A DNA stretch of 59,421 nt, counting the filler. It is 3 parts of 3 records of this genome, joined end to end, with 100 filler letters (N's around TTAATTAATTAA, not from the genome) between each part and the next. Parts side by side here need not be neighbours in the genome. Positions count along the whole stretch, not along the records: positions 1 to 27,688 come from SRR20825006_1667; 2 more parts are not named here. The stretch is one strand, 5' to 3'. Under the pieces are notes generated by a model that saw only the letters and a program-made list of their open reading frames with translations, did not search any database and was not told the origin of the DNA. The position numbers and the translations under genes are program-made. Shown piece by piece: positions 10,166 through 18,501 of the stretch (the stretch's first letter is position 1; the number at the start of each line of letters is the position of its first letter).

Positions 10166-10225
10166 CACCATCGCTATTGACCGACGCCGAGCGCGGCCTG
10201 GGACACAAACGCAGGGGAAACATTC

Positions 10226-10942
10226 ATGGGAAAAAAGCTGGCGATGGGACTCCTCATCCTCACGATCGCGGCGAGTATTCTGCTCGCGATCGCGGCGGTG
10301 GGGCTCGTGGTCACTGGAGGCATGGAGGACGTCATGCGACGCATGGGGATGCCCACGCCGCCAGAATCATTCCCTCCTCCCGGCGATCCCCGCGCGTTCG
10401 ACGGGTTCGAGATGCTGCCAGAGGTCTCGGACTTCGCGGGGATGAACTGCGAGGTGGTCGAGATCGACCTGATGCGCGTGAGCAGCGAGGGGCTGATGGA
10501 TCTCGAGGCAGACTACAAACCGCAGGCAAACTACGAGCTCCTCTGTGATGTGATCCTCACCGAACAGGAGCGTAACGCCCCCATTGGCGCCGGTGGCCTC
10601 GAGGTCAACGAGGGTGATCGACGCGCGCTCTCGGTGAGCATCTTCCAACCCGGGCAACGCCGCCACTTCTCGAGCCGAGGCGGCGGCACAAACGTCGAGA
10701 TGGATTACATCCACAAGGGAATGGTGATCCATCGCGCGCATCTCGTTCGCGCCGCGAACGCCCAGAGTATCCCCGCGCCGAGTTGTTCGACGTCACAACT
10801 CTGGGAGGCGGCCATCGAAGCTGGGGCGCCTGGTAACGCCGTCGCGCGCATCCGCTACGAAGACAACGCGTATCGCTTCTCCATCGATGGCACAGACGTC
10901 GACCTCAAGTTCGACGCCAACTGCGAGCTTATAAAGCGTTAA
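10226..10942 (+). CDS. Hypothetical N-terminally membrane-anchored protein
   Basis: Hydrophobic N-terminal helix, Pro-rich linker, four Cys; GGGGA RBS-like sequence upstream; codon usage like its neighbours. Confidence 0.65.
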   Translation: MGKKLAMGLLILTIAASILLAIAAVGLVVTGGMEDVMRRMGMPTPPESFPPPGDPRAFDGFEMLPEVSDFAGMNCEVVEIDLMRVSSEGLMDLEADYKPQANYELLCDVILTEQERNAPIGAGGLEVNEGDRRALSVSIFQPGQRRHFSSRGGGTNVEMDYIHKGMVIHRAHLVRAANAQSIPAPSCSTSQLWEAAIEAGAPGNAVARIRYEDNAYRFSIDGTDVDLKFDANCELIKR

Positions 10943-11088
10943 CACCATGGGTTCTCGCTTGCGCCCTCCCCTCCTCCCTTCGATAGTGTGCCCCGGACAA
11001 TCACATGCTTTCGAGCGAGTAAGAGATACGAGCACCCGCCCTTCTCTCACTCGCGACGATTCATTCGACCGATGACGAGGAGGAGTTC

Positions 11089-12582
11089 GTGACCTATCGC
11101 CTCTTGCTGGTTCTTGCGCTGTTCACGCTTTTGTCGTGCACGGACAGGAACACCAAAGAAGACAAGAAGCCCACCGAGGCCGCCATCGAGGTGCCCGACA
11201 CCTGGCCAGTTGCCAAAGATCGACGATCGCGCGACATCGCGCCGACCGCATCCGAGGTCGACAAGGTCCTGCTCCGCGGCGCCACGATCTGGACCGCAAC
11301 CGGCGAGCGCATCGAAGGAGGAGACATCCTCCTCCTCGATGGCAAGATCGCGTCCATCTCCAAGCAGCCGATCGAAGCACCAGAGGGTGTCGAGGTTATC
11401 GATGTCAGCGGCAAGTACATCACCCCTGGCCTGATCGACACCCACTCCCACCTCGGCGTCTACCCCACGCCCAACGTCGAGGCGCACTCTGATGGCAACG
11501 AGGCGACCTCTCCGACCACGCCCGACGTGTACGCCGAGCACAGCGTCTGGCCGCAAGATCCTGGGTTTCAGCGCGCGCTGGCGGGAGGGATCACCGCGCT
11601 CCAGATCCTCCCAGGCTCTGCGAATCTTATCGGCGGGCGCTCCGCGACGCTGCAACTCCACCCGGGCATCTCGAGCGCGGCGATGCGCTTTCCAGGCGCA
11701 CCGGGCGGCGTGAAGATGGCCTGCGGTGAGAACCCGAAGCGCGTCTATGGCTCTCGGGGTGGCAAGCCCTCGACGCGCATGGGCAACATGGCGGTCTGGA
11801 GACAAACCTTCCAGAAAGCCGCCGAGACGCGCGACGCCTGGGATGATTACACGCGAAAGCTCGAGAAGTGGTCCAAAGATCCAAACCGCAAGGAAGACAA
11901 GAAGCCAAAAGAGCCATCGCTCGATCTGGGACAGGAGACGCTCATCAGCATCTTGCGCGGCGACCTGCTCGTGCACGTGCACTGCTACCGCGCGGACGAG
12001 ATGATCCAGGTCTTGCAACTGGCGGACGAGTTTGGCTTCGAGATCCGCTCCTTTCACCACGCCGTGGAGGCGTACAAGATCCGCGACGTGCTCGCCGAGT
12101 GGGACGTGAGCGTCTCGACATGGGCGGACTGGTGGGGGTTCAAGATCGAGGCACACGACGCGATCTTGCAAAACGCAGGCTTGCTCGATGAGGCAGGCGC
12201 TCGCGCCATCATCCACTCGGACTCCGCCATCGACATCCAGCGCCTCAATCAGGAAGCGGCCAAGGCTTACTGGGCGGCCAAACACGCAGGCGTCGACGTG
12301 ACCGAGGAAGACGCCCTGCGATGGATCACGATCAACGCAGCCTGGGCGCTGGGCATCGACGATGTGACCGGCACGCTCGAAGAAGGAAAGCGCGCGGATG
12401 TCGTCGTCTGGTCGGCGAACCCGCTCTCTGTTTACGCGAGCGCGGAGCTTGTCTGGGTCGAGGGCGTGCGCGAATTCGACGCGAGCACCGACCCCACCCC
12501 GTGGAGTGATTTCGAAGCGGGACAGCTCCCGGTGAAGGTCCCCATCATCCCTCAGGACGCGAAGAAAGGAGGCAAGCAGTGA
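11089..12582 (+). CDS. Metal-dependent amidohydrolase family lipoprotein
   Basis: Lipobox LLSC; PGLIDTHSH, KMACGENPK, VHCY, HHAVE, HSD and GTLEEGKRADVVVW motifs; GAGGAG RBS. Confidence 0.88.
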   Translation: MTYRLLLVLALFTLLSCTDRNTKEDKKPTEAAIEVPDTWPVAKDRRSRDIAPTASEVDKVLLRGATIWTATGERIEGGDILLLDGKIASISKQPIEAPEGVEVIDVSGKYITPGLIDTHSHLGVYPTPNVEAHSDGNEATSPTTPDVYAEHSVWPQDPGFQRALAGGITALQILPGSANLIGGRSATLQLHPGISSAAMRFPGAPGGVKMACGENPKRVYGSRGGKPSTRMGNMAVWRQTFQKAAETRDAWDDYTRKLEKWSKDPNRKEDKKPKEPSLDLGQETLISILRGDLLVHVHCYRADEMIQVLQLADEFGFEIRSFHHAVEAYKIRDVLAEWDVSVSTWADWWGFKIEAHDAILQNAGLLDEAGARAIIHSDSAIDIQRLNQEAAKAYWAAKHAGVDVTEEDALRWITINAAWALGIDDVTGTLEEGKRADVVVWSANPLSVYASAELVWVEGVREFDASTDPTPWSDFEAGQLPVKVPIIPQDAKKGGKQ

Positions 12583-13931
12583 AGACCTCGAATACGTTCT
12601 CTCGAAACATGCTCGCGCTCCTCGTCCTCTCGATTTGCAACCTCTTCGCGCTCTCGGCGACCGCGCAGGTCGCCATTCAGGGCGGCACCGTTCACACCGT
12701 TTCGGGCGATGTGATCGAAGGGGGAACCGTCCTCGTGAGCGCTGATGGCAAGATCGAAGCGGTGGGCAAATCGGGCGCCATCACGGTCCCTGGCGCCTAC
12801 AAAAAGATCGACGCCAGCGGCAAGATCGTCACGCCCGGACTCTTCGACGCCTACACGACCATCGGGCTGGTCGAGATCTGGGCAGTTCGCGCCTCGCGCC
12901 ATACGAGCTCTGGCCCGGGGCATTTCAACGCCTCGCACCTCGCGGCGGAGTCGCTCAACCGCCGCAGCGCGAACCTCCCGATCCAACGCGAGGGCGGCGT
13001 CACCGACGTGGTGATCATCCCGGAAGGTGGCGTGATCCAGGGCCAGGCCGCGCATATTTCGTTGGCTGGAGAGGCGGTCTTCGCCGCGACGATCACCCCT
13101 TCTGTGGCGATGGTCATGAGGCTCGGTTCACGCGCCGCCTCCACGCTCGGCACTTCCCGAGGTGGCGTGCTCGCGACGCTGCGGCAGGTCTATCAGGACG
13201 CGCGCTTTTATCAGGCGAACAAGACCAAATACAACGAGCGGCGAAGCCGCGACCTGAGCGCTCCGGCGGGCGATCTCGACGCCCTCTCGAAGACCTTCGA
13301 GCGCGGCTTGCCCGTGATGTTCCTCGTCGATCAGGCAGGAGATATCGAAGCCGCGCTCGCCTTCGCCAAGGCTCAGGACATCGCCCCCGTGATCGTCGGC
13401 GGCGCGGAAGCCTGGATGGTTCGCGATCAACTCGCCGCCGCCAAGGTCCCCGTCATCACCAACCCGCTCTACAACCTCCCCTCGGACTTCGAAGAGCTCG
13501 GCTCGCGCGCCGATAACGCCGCGCTGCTCGCGCAGGCTGGCGTGCCAGTGATTCTGTCCACCTTCGAGTCTCACAACGTGCGCAAGCTGCGCCAGATCGC
13601 AGGCAACGCCGTCCGCGCTGGCCTCGATTATGACAGCGCGTTGCGCGCCATCACGCTCGAGCCAGCCACGGCCATGGGCGCTGGCGCGACGCACGGCTCG
13701 CTCGAAAAGGGCAAGGTCGCCAACATCGTCATCTGGTCGGGTGATCCTCTGGAGTTCTCCTCGCGCGTCGAGGTGATGATGATCCAGGGCAAGGAGGTCT
13801 CGCTCGAGAACCGCCAGCAGGCGCTCTTCGAGCGCTACAAGAAGCTCGAGCGACGCGGTCCACCGGCCAAGAAGGCAACCTCCGAGGACGCCGCCAAAGA
13901 CTCCGAGAGCAAAGAGAGCGAGCGTGACTGA
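12579..13931 (+). CDS. Amidohydrolase-fold protein, probably a non-catalytic partner subunit
   Basis: Signal peptide; PGLFDAYT (HxH lost), GSLEKGKVANIVIW; GTGA overlap with the upstream gene. Confidence 0.8.
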   Translation: MKTSNTFSRNMLALLVLSICNLFALSATAQVAIQGGTVHTVSGDVIEGGTVLVSADGKIEAVGKSGAITVPGAYKKIDASGKIVTPGLFDAYTTIGLVEIWAVRASRHTSSGPGHFNASHLAAESLNRRSANLPIQREGGVTDVVIIPEGGVIQGQAAHISLAGEAVFAATITPSVAMVMRLGSRAASTLGTSRGGVLATLRQVYQDARFYQANKTKYNERRSRDLSAPAGDLDALSKTFERGLPVMFLVDQAGDIEAALAFAKAQDIAPVIVGGAEAWMVRDQLAAAKVPVITNPLYNLPSDFEELGSRADNAALLAQAGVPVILSTFESHNVRKLRQIAGNAVRAGLDYDSALRAITLEPATAMGAGATHGSLEKGKVANIVIWSGDPLEFSSRVEVMMIQGKEVSLENRQQALFERYKKLERRGPPAKKATSEDAAKDSESKESERD

Positions 13932-14319
13932 TTCTGCGATCCATGTCGTGGGCGCGGCGATCTTTGACGAGCAGGGGCGCTGCCTGCTCGCCAAGCGCAG
14001 CGCGCAAATGGCCAACCCCCTGCTCTGGGAGTTCCCAGGAGGAAAGGTCGAGCCCGGCGAGACGCCGCAGCTCGCGCTCGAGCGCGAGCTGCGCGAAGAG
14101 CTCGCCATCGAGGTCGAGGTCCTCGACTTCATCGCGCGCGGCGAAGCGCGCGTATCGAGCGGCAAGGAGATCATCCTGGACGTGTACCGCGCCGCGCTCG
14201 TGCGCGGCGCGGCCACGCCGCGCGAGCACGCCGCGATCGCCTGGGTGTTCCCGAAAGACTTCGGCGACTACGCCTTCCCGGAGGCAGATCTCCCCGCGGT
14301 CGAAGCGCTCTCGAAATAG
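13924..14319 (+). CDS. Nudix hydrolase, MutT/NudG-like (d)NTP pyrophosphohydrolase
   Basis: Nudix box WEFPGGKVEPGETPQLALERELREELAI; C-terminal FPEADLP. Confidence 0.88.
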   Translation: MTDSAIHVVGAAIFDEQGRCLLAKRSAQMANPLLWEFPGGKVEPGETPQLALERELREELAIEVEVLDFIARGEARVSSGKEIILDVYRAALVRGAATPREHAAIAWVFPKDFGDYAFPEADLPAVEALSK

Positions 14320-14373
14320 ATCCTCCCCTGGCGCGGTTGTACACGCCGCGTCAACCAAAACAGGAGGATCGCC

Positions 14374-15006
14374 ATGCCCGCGCCACACCACTACAAGTAT
14401 CCACGCACGCCACACCTGCCGTGGAGCCCCGGCGCCTCGAGCGACGATGTCTGGATCTCGACCTTCGACGCGTTCCACGGTCAGGAGGTCGTCGTCACCG
14501 AGAAGATGGATGGCGAGAACACGACGATGTACTCGGATCATATCCACGCCAGATCGCTCGACTCCAGACATCACCCCTCACGCTCCTGGGTCAAGGGACT
14601 CCACCAACAGATCGCGCACCTGATCCCAGCGCAGTGGCGCGTATGCGGTGAAAACCTCTACGCGCGCCACTCTGTAGGCTATGACGAGCTCTCGAGCTAC
14701 TTCATGACCTTCTCCATCTGGGATCAGGACAACCGATGCCTGAGCTGGGACGAGACGCTCGAATGGACCGCGTTGCTTGGCCTCGAGACCGTGCCCGTGT
14801 TGTGGGAGGGGGTGTGGGACGAGAAGGCCATACGCGCCATCGAGGTCGATACGGACACGAGCGAAGGCTACGTCGTACGCATACGAGACAGCTTTTGCTA
14901 CGATGACTTCGCGAGCTCGATCGCCAAATGGGTGCGCGAAAACCACGTGGTCACAGGCGATCACTGGATGTTTGCCGAGATCACCCCCAACACACTCGCC
15001 GAGTGA
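14374..15006 (+). CDS. ATP-dependent RNA ligase family protein
   Basis: KYPRTPHLPWS N-terminus; motif I TEKMDGEN; GENLY; motif IV EGYVVR; motif V KWVR; GGAGGA RBS. Confidence 0.87.
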   Translation: MPAPHHYKYPRTPHLPWSPGASSDDVWISTFDAFHGQEVVVTEKMDGENTTMYSDHIHARSLDSRHHPSRSWVKGLHQQIAHLIPAQWRVCGENLYARHSVGYDELSSYFMTFSIWDQDNRCLSWDETLEWTALLGLETVPVLWEGVWDEKAIRAIEVDTDTSEGYVVRIRDSFCYDDFASSIAKWVRENHVVTGDHWMFAEITPNTLAE

Positions 15007-15009
15007 TTC

Positions 15010-16290
15010 ATGCACCCCTACCTGCAAAAACTAAAGAAGGAGGACGCGCCGCTGCTCTTCGATGAAGGGAGGTCAGCACTGCTCGAGACCTTGCCGCTGC
15101 TCGGTCGCCTCGAGGCGACCGAGCAAGATCCTCTCTGGCACGCGGAGGGGGACGTGGCGATTCACACACGCATGGTGCTCGAGGAGCTCGAGGCCGCGCT
15201 CGCGCGCGGCGAGCATGACCTCGACGCGCGCGAGCGCTTCCTGGTCCGCGTGGCGACGCTGCTCCATGACATCGCCAAACCCGTGACCACCACGCGCAGG
15301 ATCAAAGAGGGCAAAGAACGCGTCGTCGCGCCGCGCCACGCCGAGCGTGGCGCGTCCTACCTGGCATACCGAGGGCTCGACCTTGGCCTGCCGAGAGAGG
15401 ACCTCTTCGAGATCATGGGGCTCGTGCGCCATCACCACGACCCCAAGTTCCTCATCATCAAGGATCGCCCCGCGCGCGCTTACTGGAAGCTCGCCCGAGG
15501 TGCCGGAGCGCGCGCGCTGCACGCGCTCGAAATGGCCGACATGCGGGGTCGAGTCTGCGAGGATCGCCAGGAGCAAATCGACTTTATCGAGCTCTTCGCG
15601 CTCGGCGCGAAGGAAGCAGGCACCTGGAGTGGCGCGCTCCCGCAACGCGAGTTCCTGGCCAGAACGCGCGACCTGGTGCTCGAAGCAGGGATGGATGAGG
15701 ATCGCGCCGAGCGCGCGATCATGGAGGGGCTCTGGGCGCTCGAGGCAGGGGAGATCTTCACCCCGGAGGAGGCCATGGCGCGCTCCTATGCCTTGAACGA
15801 GCGGTTTTGTCAGGTGGTCATGACAATGGGGCCGAGCGGATGTGGAAAATCCACCTGGGTCGAGCAACACCTACCCGAGCATGGCGTCATCGCGCTCGAT
15901 GGATTGCGCGAGGAACTCACGGGTGAGGCGAGCGATCAGAGCAAGAACCTCGAGATCGCGCACCTCGCGAGAGAGCGCCTCAAGGAGCACTTGCGGCGTG
16001 AAGAGGATGTCGTCTGGGACGCGACAAACCTGAGGCGCGAGTTCCGCGCGCCGATCACGGGGATCTCGCGCGACTACAAAGCCCACGTCACGCTGGTGCT
16101 CTTTCATATGAGCCCGAGCGTGTTCTTCGAGCGTAACCGCTCGCGCTCGCGGAAGGTGCCCGCGGCGATCCTCGAGCGACAGCTCGATGGACTGAACTGG
16201 CCAGAGCTTGGAGAAGCACACCGCCTGATCGTCGTCGACGAGCAAGGACGCGTGGTCTCTGACAGCAGGAACCTCTGGCTCGAAGCGTGA
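15010..16290 (+). CDS. HD-Pnk-like end-healing enzyme (HD phosphoesterase + P-loop polynucleotide kinase)
   Basis: QDPLWHAEGDVAIHT, LLHDIAK, HAERGA and ADMRGR (HD domain); GPSGCGKST P-loop, LDGLR, WDATN and RNRSR lid (AAA_33/Pnk). Confidence 0.85.
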   Translation: MHPYLQKLKKEDAPLLFDEGRSALLETLPLLGRLEATEQDPLWHAEGDVAIHTRMVLEELEAALARGEHDLDARERFLVRVATLLHDIAKPVTTTRRIKEGKERVVAPRHAERGASYLAYRGLDLGLPREDLFEIMGLVRHHHDPKFLIIKDRPARAYWKLARGAGARALHALEMADMRGRVCEDRQEQIDFIELFALGAKEAGTWSGALPQREFLARTRDLVLEAGMDEDRAERAIMEGLWALEAGEIFTPEEAMARSYALNERFCQVVMTMGPSGCGKSTWVEQHLPEHGVIALDGLREELTGEASDQSKNLEIAHLARERLKEHLRREEDVVWDATNLRREFRAPITGISRDYKAHVTLVLFHMSPSVFFERNRSRSRKVPAAILERQLDGLNWPELGEAHRLIVVDEQGRVVSDSRNLWLEA

Positions 16291-16320
16291 GCCGCGCAGT
16301 CTCCCTTTGACATCAAGAGG

Positions 16321-18162
16321 TTAACGCAGCGCGCCCTGATCTCGGAGCGCCAGCGCCTTCTTGAGCAGCTCGAGCGCGCGTTGAGATTGCTGATCTCCGG
16401 GGCTCAGTTCGAGCACGCGCCGGTTGAAGTCGATGGCCGACTCGAGCTCTCGTCGCATCTGCGCAGACTCGGCTTGTTTTCGGAACATATCGATCGAGGA
16501 GCGGATCTTGAACTCGCTGATCTGTTCGCGCCTGTAACGTCTGCGCGAGGGGCCATCCTTGAGGTGCTGGTAAGCCTGCTCGAGGCGTGCCCGGATCTTT
16601 TGGAGGTCGGGGCCAACCTCGAGCGCGTCGAAGTTATCCTCGGAGTAATCCTTGACCGCGTTTTGGTATGCCTGCTCGACCTCATCTCCGTATGCAGACC
16701 AGTGGAGCCCCAACACGTCGAAGTGATCCTCGCGCTCGATCTTGAGCATCATGAGCTCGAGTTGATTGCGCTGACGCGTGCGCTGCTTGGTCCACTCGGT
16801 GACGCGGTCCTTCTCGAGCAAGCCGATATCATCGAGCGCGGCGAGCATGGCCAACGAGTCGCTCTGCCCCATGGGCGAGACGAGCAAGAGGTCGGCGATC
16901 TGGCGCTTCTCAGCGAGCCCCACCTCGACAAAGCGACGTTGCTTGGTGGAGAGCCCGAGCTCGTTGATATCGAGCGCGCTGTCCTCGTTCATCTTGAGCA
17001 TGACGCGCTCGAAGCGCTTCTTGATGGTCTCGAGCCGGGTGGCGTTGATGTTGCTCTCGTATTGCTTGAGCGTGACCGAGAAGAGCTGCTGATAGATCGG
17101 AACAGGAGGCGTCAGCGTACGCATCAGGCTCGTGTCGAACTGGTAGACTTCCGCCTTCTGCCATTCACCAGACCAGAGCTTTCGCGCCATGAAGATCAGG
17201 CGCGTCTTGAGCGCGACGCGCAGATCTCCATACTCCATCAAGCGCAGATCGAGGAGCGCATCTGCCACACTGGTCCCGAGCGACTCGGCGCGCTCCGAGG
17301 CGCGCGCGATGTCCTCGGTCGAGATCTTCCCCGCGTTCGAGAGGAGCACCTCGAGCTTGTCCTCCTCACGCTCGGGCTCGCGCTCGAACTCGATAAGGCA
17401 CCCTTCGCGGAGCGTAATGACGAGCTTCTCGCGCGCTGCGCCAAAGAGCTCGATCATGCCATTGAAGCGCTCCTGGGCGAGCCTGACGAGCACGGGCAAG
17501 ACATTGTGGTTCTCGAGCTGGATCACTTCGGGCTCGAGCTCGGCGCGGGGATCGATCTCGGTCACCTCGACGCGACGAAAGGAGCCGCTCTGCTTGATGT
17601 CACGACGCACCTCTTGTTGAGGCGGCAGCTCGGGCTGCGCCTCGACCGCCACCGCGGGAGGCGTGTTGGGAGGAATCCGTGGGAGCGCAGGCTTTGTGAT
17701 ATCGCTCGTGGTTCGCGCTTTCGGCGGCGCGCCCGTGCGCATGTGCTCGGGGAGCGCGCGCAACTTCTCGACGACCGAGTGATCATTGATAAACGTCTGG
17801 ATCGCGACCTGATCGCCCGACACGTGAACGACGCGACCGGGTAAGCTGAGATCATCACTCCAATCCGTTCGCACGACGACATCGATCTCGGTCATCATGG
17901 GCGGGGGGTCCTCGAGAGGGACGCAGATGGCCTGCACCTCGAGGAGGTTCGCGAGCTCGCGCTCCAGAGCGTTGGGGGTAAAGAAGACCCCGACAAGACG
18001 ATCCATGCTCTCGAGCATGTAAGCGCCGTCGCCAGGGATCTCCTCGAGTTCGCCCGCGAGGCGCTCGAACACCTCGCACATGTCGGCGGCTTCTACCTTA
18101 TCTTGATAGAACTCGATCAGTTGTCGAACAGTCTTCTCAAATTTGGCGAGGTTCTCGCGCAT
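16321..18162 (-). CDS. Multidomain signalling protein: PilZ-like region + DUF4388 + degenerate J-domain + TPR
   Basis: LVRLAQERFNGMIEL (DUF4388-like), KLEVLLSNAGKIS, HFDVLGLH...AY...YSED...AYQHLKD...RRRY (J-like), C-terminal RVLELSPGD (TPR); start MRENLAK inferred. Confidence 0.65.
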   Translation of the reverse strand: MRENLAKFEKTVRQLIEFYQDKVEAADMCEVFERLAGELEEIPGDGAYMLESMDRLVGVFFTPNALERELANLLEVQAICVPLEDPPPMMTEIDVVVRTDWSDDLSLPGRVVHVSGDQVAIQTFINDHSVVEKLRALPEHMRTGAPPKARTTSDITKPALPRIPPNTPPAVAVEAQPELPPQQEVRRDIKQSGSFRRVEVTEIDPRAELEPEVIQLENHNVLPVLVRLAQERFNGMIELFGAAREKLVITLREGCLIEFEREPEREEDKLEVLLSNAGKISTEDIARASERAESLGTSVADALLDLRLMEYGDLRVALKTRLIFMARKLWSGEWQKAEVYQFDTSLMRTLTPPVPIYQQLFSVTLKQYESNINATRLETIKKRFERVMLKMNEDSALDINELGLSTKQRRFVEVGLAEKRQIADLLLVSPMGQSDSLAMLAALDDIGLLEKDRVTEWTKQRTRQRNQLELMMLKIEREDHFDVLGLHWSAYGDEVEQAYQNAVKDYSEDNFDALEVGPDLQKIRARLEQAYQHLKDGPSRRRYRREQISEFKIRSSIDMFRKQAESAQMRRELESAIDFNRRVLELSPGDQQSQRALELLKKALALRDQGALR

Positions 18163-18501
18163 CCAAAGACCTCGAGCCCGTCTCACGAACCCATAAAAGC
18201 GAGCTCGCGCGATGGAGGGCGCTCGTAGATGTCCTCGCTGCTGGACACACCAACAGCGCCGCTGGCATCTCGGTAGCCAACGCGTCGAAGACAGCAGACA
18301 GCACATCACCCTGTGAGGCTGCTTCGAACGGACAGGGTTTTCGGGACCGGATGGCAAGCGCAACAAATCAAGCGACTCAAAACAGGCTCCCCCCGATTCG
18401 CTTCACCTGGTGTGACCACCATCAAAACAAACAATTCACTCCACAGTGATAGGAATTTTATCATATTCACAGTTTTCAGCAAGAATATGATAAAAGAACC
18501 A

